Source of the DNA: a bacterium
Lineage (GTDB): Bacteria > Patescibacteriota > Patescibacteriia > SG8-24
DNA: 62,015 nt
Reading direction: 5' to 3'
NCBI GenBank assembly: GCA_023246225.1
Contig: JAHFIV010000002.1
Coordinates: 1-62,015 of the forward strand
Position numbers and translations under genes: made by a program. Below, in pieces: positions 59,050 through 62,015 of the stretch (positions are counted from its first letter, which is position 1; every line of letters begins with the position of its first letter). A model generated the notes under the pieces. That model was not told where the DNA came from. It made no database searches and was given only the letters and a program-made list of their open reading frames with translations.

Positions 59050-59106
59050 AGACGGGGATAAGAGTACCGGAACAAGTAAAAAACCGCAAGATCGATACTC
59101 TTAGGA

Positions 59107-59266
59107 GGGTCTCTGCAAAAGTATGTTCCGAAGCTGAAAACGACAGATTTTTTTCGCACGGCGCGAGGACGCGCCACAAACGATATGGAGTATCGTTGAG
59201 GACGCGACATCGTGGCGTGCGAAAAAAATATGCGTTTTCAGCCGGAAGAGACTTTTGCAGAGACCC
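59107..59266. ncRNA. candidate structured RNA / long interrupted palindrome (strand undetermined)
   Basis: GGGTCTCTGCAAAAGT (59107-59122) pairs with ACTTTTGCAGAGACCC (59251-59266). Then TTCCG/CGGAA, CTGAAAACG/CGTTTTCAG and TTTTTTTCGCACG/CGTGCGAAAAAAA. The 55-nt centre holds the GGCGCGaggaCGCGCC and AACGATAtggagTATCGTT hairpins. Confidence 0.4.
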
Positions 59267-59369
59267 GAGCAGAAAATAGCTCCGAAAGTGTAGCAAATTG
59301 GAGGGGGGTGTCAAGGGCCAGATGATTCTGTGGATATTAAGGGTATTTCTGGCTTAACCCGGGCTATAA

Positions 59370-59399
59370 TTGACAAAACCTGCGGCGTCATGCCAAGGT
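59370..59399 (+). promoter_or_regulatory. promoter of tandem paralog 1
   Basis: ATAATTGACA-N18-CAAGGT. The same ATAATTGACAAAA context occurs at 60435. Confidence 0.45.
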
Positions 59400-59462
59400 T
59401 TGCTGTTCTTCGCAGTGAAGAAGGTTCTTTACAGAGACAACTTCGAAGGAGGTAATGGCATC

Positions 59463-60152
59463 ATGGCATACCGCGTACAGAACATCGCGCTAGTGAACTT
59501 TAGTGCTCAGGACGCAAGAAAGACGTTTTCAAGAAGATGGCCTCTTGTCGGCATATTTGGACTGGCAGGCCTAGCTGCTGGAATGCTCGGTGTATCGGCG
59601 GTCCTGCTCGCCCACAACCATCCGAGCGATGGTTCCTGTCATCGCTATAACGACCTGATGGCAGCCATACTGATCGGCTCACCGCTGCTTTTCGTTGTCG
59701 GTGCGATCATCGGTATCCAGATACACCTCTGGCGCATGCCAAAAATGGAACGCGAGCGGCACGAATACGATATCGCTCTCGAAAAAAAGATCACACTGTT
59801 CAACCAGCGTCTCGAAGCACTCCAGGAACTCGCAAAATTGACGGAGTACACCGATAGCGATTTCCAGGAAACCGTATTCGAGGACTACGAAACCGAACGC
59901 AAACAACTCGAGCGCGAAAAACGCGCACGTCTCCGCAAGGAAGCGATCCGCAAGTTTGACGCGGCGATCGCCAAAGAAACGACCGGCAAGTTCAAGGATA
60001 CCCGCGACGTTGCATCGCATCTCCTCGTCGCGCGCATCCGCCTCGCAGACGAGACGATCGCAGTCGCAACAGTGGAAGAAGACGAACGGTTCACTGCGCT
60101 CGAAGAACCGGAGCAGCCCACCAAGAGAGTTGCGTCGACCACCGACGCATGA
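59463..60152 (+). CDS. membrane coiled-coil protein, tandem paralog 1
   Basis: AGGAGG SD; two TM helices; then LFNQRLEALQEL...KDTRDVASHL and an acidic tail. The track start at 59370 coincides with the -35 box, so the ORF was trimmed. Confidence 0.6.
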   Translation: MAYRVQNIALVNFSAQDARKTFSRRWPLVGIFGLAGLAAGMLGVSAVLLAHNHPSDGSCHRYNDLMAAILIGSPLLFVVGAIIGIQIHLWRMPKMERERHEYDIALEKKITLFNQRLEALQELAKLTEYTDSDFQETVFEDYETERKQLEREKRARLRKEAIRKFDAAIAKETTGKFKDTRDVASHLLVARIRLADETIAVATVEEDERFTALEEPEQPTKRVASTTDA

Positions 60153-60195
60153 TCGTCCCGCCTCGCACTATCTCGTGCGGGGTTTTTTAATTATG

Positions 60196-60400
60196 GTCTC
60201 ATTCCGGCCCCTCTCTTTGTCATTCCGACCCCGGACCGGGATCCGGGGCGGAATCCAGAAAAAAAAATACCAAACAATTTCCGTTTGGTCTTTTTTTACG
60301 TTCTGGATTCCGGGTCACGGCACGTCGGTCGCGACCGACGTGCCACGGCCCGGAATGACAGAAGTGGGGCCGGCATGACAAAGGAGTGGCCACGAATGAC
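60196..60400. repeat. REPIN/BIME-like cassette K (carries the nested 26-bp palindrome in the right arm)
   Basis: GTCTCATTCC, GTCATTCCGACCCCGGACCGGGATCCGGGGCGGAATCCAGAA, core TACCAAACAatttcCGTTTGGTC, right arm with the GGCACGTCGGTCGCGACCGACGTGCC insert, then GGCATGAC and CGAATGAC. Confidence 0.9.
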
Positions 60401-60438
60401 GTGAGCAAATTTAAGACGAAAAGGGATGCGCGGCATAA

Positions 60439-60467
60439 TTGACAAAAAATCCTGTTTCGGCTAAGGT
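60439..60467 (+). promoter_or_regulatory. promoter of tandem paralog 2
   Basis: ATAATTGACA-N17-TAAGGT. Confidence 0.5.
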
Positions 60468-60514
60468 GTCCGGTCAGTTCATTTCATCATCACGGTATCG
60501 AAAGGAGATCAACG

Positions 60515-61195
60515 ATGATCGACATACAAGAAATCGCCGTACTGCCGTCTCCAGAAGTCTCAGAAAAACAACGAGCGGAGTGGGAAAAGCATCGCGTAGA
60601 TCCAGACATAAAGTTTTCGTGCCTTATTTTCTTGATCCCGATGGCCTACCTACTCCTGCTCACGTACCTCGAACCAAACATCACGTACCTCGACCCACGA
60701 AATCCTTTTACGGTGCTCAACATCGTAGCATTCGCCCTCTGCCTCACCAACGCGATCTTGGCGATACGCCAACACTATCGTCTCGCACGTATTCCGGCAG
60801 CAGAGAAGGCTCGCCGACAGGAATTCGAAGCGCTCGCCGACCGCATCGCGCGGTTCAACGTGCGACTTACAGCGCTCCAGGAGATCGCCGCGAGTGTGAC
60901 AAAAAAGGAGCGTCCCGGTCTCGATGTCGTCGCAAAATACGCAACCGAGAGGGAGGAACTTTCGATGCTCCTGCAGCCCTACGCATCCACCATTCGCACA
61001 GAAAAGTTGCTCAAGCTCGGACGCGCCATCGCGGACAACGACGAGCCTCGCTACCGCGCGACACGCGACGTGTCCGACCACGTGTACGTGCACGGCCTTC
61101 GCTTCCCCGACGAGACCGGAGAGCTGCCCGAGGATGACGAACTGCTCGAGGAAGATGCGACCGCCCCAACCAGCGCACAACAGCGCCGCGCATAA
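60515..61195 (+). CDS. membrane coiled-coil protein, tandem paralog 2
   Basis: AAAGGAG SD; two TM helices; IPAAEKARRQEFEALADRIARFNVRLTALQEI...RATRDVSDHV; acidic tail. Confidence 0.65.
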   Translation: MIDIQEIAVLPSPEVSEKQRAEWEKHRVDPDIKFSCLIFLIPMAYLLLLTYLEPNITYLDPRNPFTVLNIVAFALCLTNAILAIRQHYRLARIPAAEKARRQEFEALADRIARFNVRLTALQEIAASVTKKERPGLDVVAKYATEREELSMLLQPYASTIRTEKLLKLGRAIADNDEPRYRATRDVSDHVYVHGLRFPDETGELPEDDELLEEDATAPTSAQQRRA

Positions 61196-61242
61196 AACGA
61201 ACGAGGAGACTCCCGCAGCTTGCGAGGGTCTTTTTTTATTTA

Positions 61243-61270
61243 TTGACAGTTGGTGTCCTGGTGTTACTCT
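61243..61270 (+). promoter_or_regulatory. promoter of tandem paralog 3
   Basis: TTGACA-N16-TACTCT, after a GACTCCCGCA..TGCGAGGGTC plus T-run terminator. Confidence 0.4.
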
Positions 61271-61326
61271 CAGGCGAGAAACTGATCTTTACACAGACGA
61301 TCAGACGCAGACACGGAGGATTGCGC

Positions 61327-62015
61327 ATGCACAAAGACATCCGGTACGTCTCGGAAATCGAACTCCGAAACCAGGAGGAGATACGCTATGGCAATCGGAG
61401 TTGGTTCGACGTCACACGAGACGAGTGGCTTAGAGACCGCCGCATCAACCCGTGGCGATACGAGAGTTGCATGGGTGCGTACTTCGGAATGTTCACGTCG
61501 ATCATCGTCGCTGTCATAACGGTCATCGTTATCGTGGTGAACAGCTACAGCCTCACGACAGGGCCGATCAGCGCACTCACGATTTGCTTCGTCATCGCCG
61601 CGGCCTGCCGTCTCTGGGTCGCACAACTTCGTCAAAAGGAAAAGGCACGTATCGCCGCCATCCCCGCCGCAGAACGAGACTGGAAAGAACAGCTCGATCA
61701 GTTCGTGCCACGCATCGAACGGTTCAATAAACGTCTGAGAGCTTTCAAAGTGTACGCAGAGAACGCGGAACCGGGCCCAGGCCTCGATCAGGCCGTCGTT
61801 GAAAAGTACTCCGCGGAGTACGACGAACTCACGAGGCTGATGCGGAAAATCAAACGAGATTACGCGCTCACGGAGTTCGAAGCGGCCGCCCAGAACGACC
61901 AGGACGGTTTTCGGGAGACGCGCAACCTCGCCGACGCGATCTTCATGAACAAGGTTCGGATCGAGGAGGCCGGCGTGGACGTACGCATCGCTGACGCGTC
62001 CCCGAACGAAGCGCA
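61327..62015 (+). CDS. membrane coiled-coil protein, tandem paralog 3 (3-prime end off window)
   Basis: Hand-read frame from the ATG at 61327 after GGAGGA: MHKDIRYVSEIELRNQEE..., two TM helices, IPAAERDWKEQLDQFVPRIERFNKRLRAF...RETRNLADAI. Not in the track because it has no stop. Confidence 0.6.
   Translation, partial: MHKDIRYVSEIELRNQEEIRYGNRSWFDVTRDEWLRDRRINPWRYESCMGAYFGMFTSIIVAVITVIVIVVNSYSLTTGPISALTICFVIAAACRLWVAQLRQKEKARIAAIPAAERDWKEQLDQFVPRIERFNKRLRAFKVYAENAEPGPGLDQAVVEKYSAEYDELTRLMRKIKRDYALTEFEAAAQNDQDGFRETRNLADAIFMNKVRIEEAGVDVRIADASPNEA

Noticed and set aside
10177-60400. Whether the recurring GTCATTCCGG repeats form a CRISPR array
   Set aside because: The copies are scattered over 50 kb in inverted pairs with irregular spacing. 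There are no uniform spacers, leader or cas genes.
60439-61433. Alternative-frame ORFs 60439..61137 (+), 60924..61433 (+) and 60650..61180 (-) over tandem paralog 2
   Set aside because: They are Arg-rich off-frame translations. The 60439 start coincides with the -35 hexamer. The 60515 frame has the SD, TM helices and paralog similarity.

Overview
62 kb of a compact bacterial chromosome, about half G+C by eye and mostly housekeeping genes. Protein content (lysine-rich N-terminal extensions on S9, S11 and IF-1, an RpoA with no alpha-CTD, a membrane-anchored scavenging nuclease) fits a reduced Patescibacteria/CPR-like organism; that placement is inference only. Main blocks, in order: a complete F1Fo ATP synthase operon; a UvrD/PcrA helicase fused to a Cas4/RecB-like nuclease; mreBCD-mrdA; greA; lysS; an ABC exporter; serS; alr-ddl-ftsQ; ftsH; an M23 peptidase; gltX; a WecG-family transferase; clpB behind a perfect CIRCE operator; lexA; def-fmt; a surface-glycan cluster; and the rpsI to infA ribosomal/rpoA block. 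No rRNA, tRNA, CRISPR array, transposase or integrase was seen. Main observations: (1) a dispersed family of REPIN/BIME-like palindromic cassettes at 11 loci, built from GTCATTCCGG hairpin modules and 22-24 nt phased half-sites around a conserved intrinsic-terminator core, three copies carrying a nested 26-bp perfect palindrome; (2) a second family of SD/anti-SD-like heptamer-stutter hairpins filling intercistronic spacers; (3) two AAA-less FtsH-type (M41) peptidase-only paralogs just downstream of ftsH; (4) three tandem diverged membrane coiled-coil paralogs, each with its own promoter; (5) a dispersed two-member family sharing an IPEEWK...RWDWSY C-terminus; (6) two long structured palindromes (31426-31536, 59107-59266), the latter a candidate ncRNA; (7) a strongly G+C-rich gene at the window start behind an A+T-rich native-looking promoter. 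All calls come from reading the sequence and ORF track. No searches were run.
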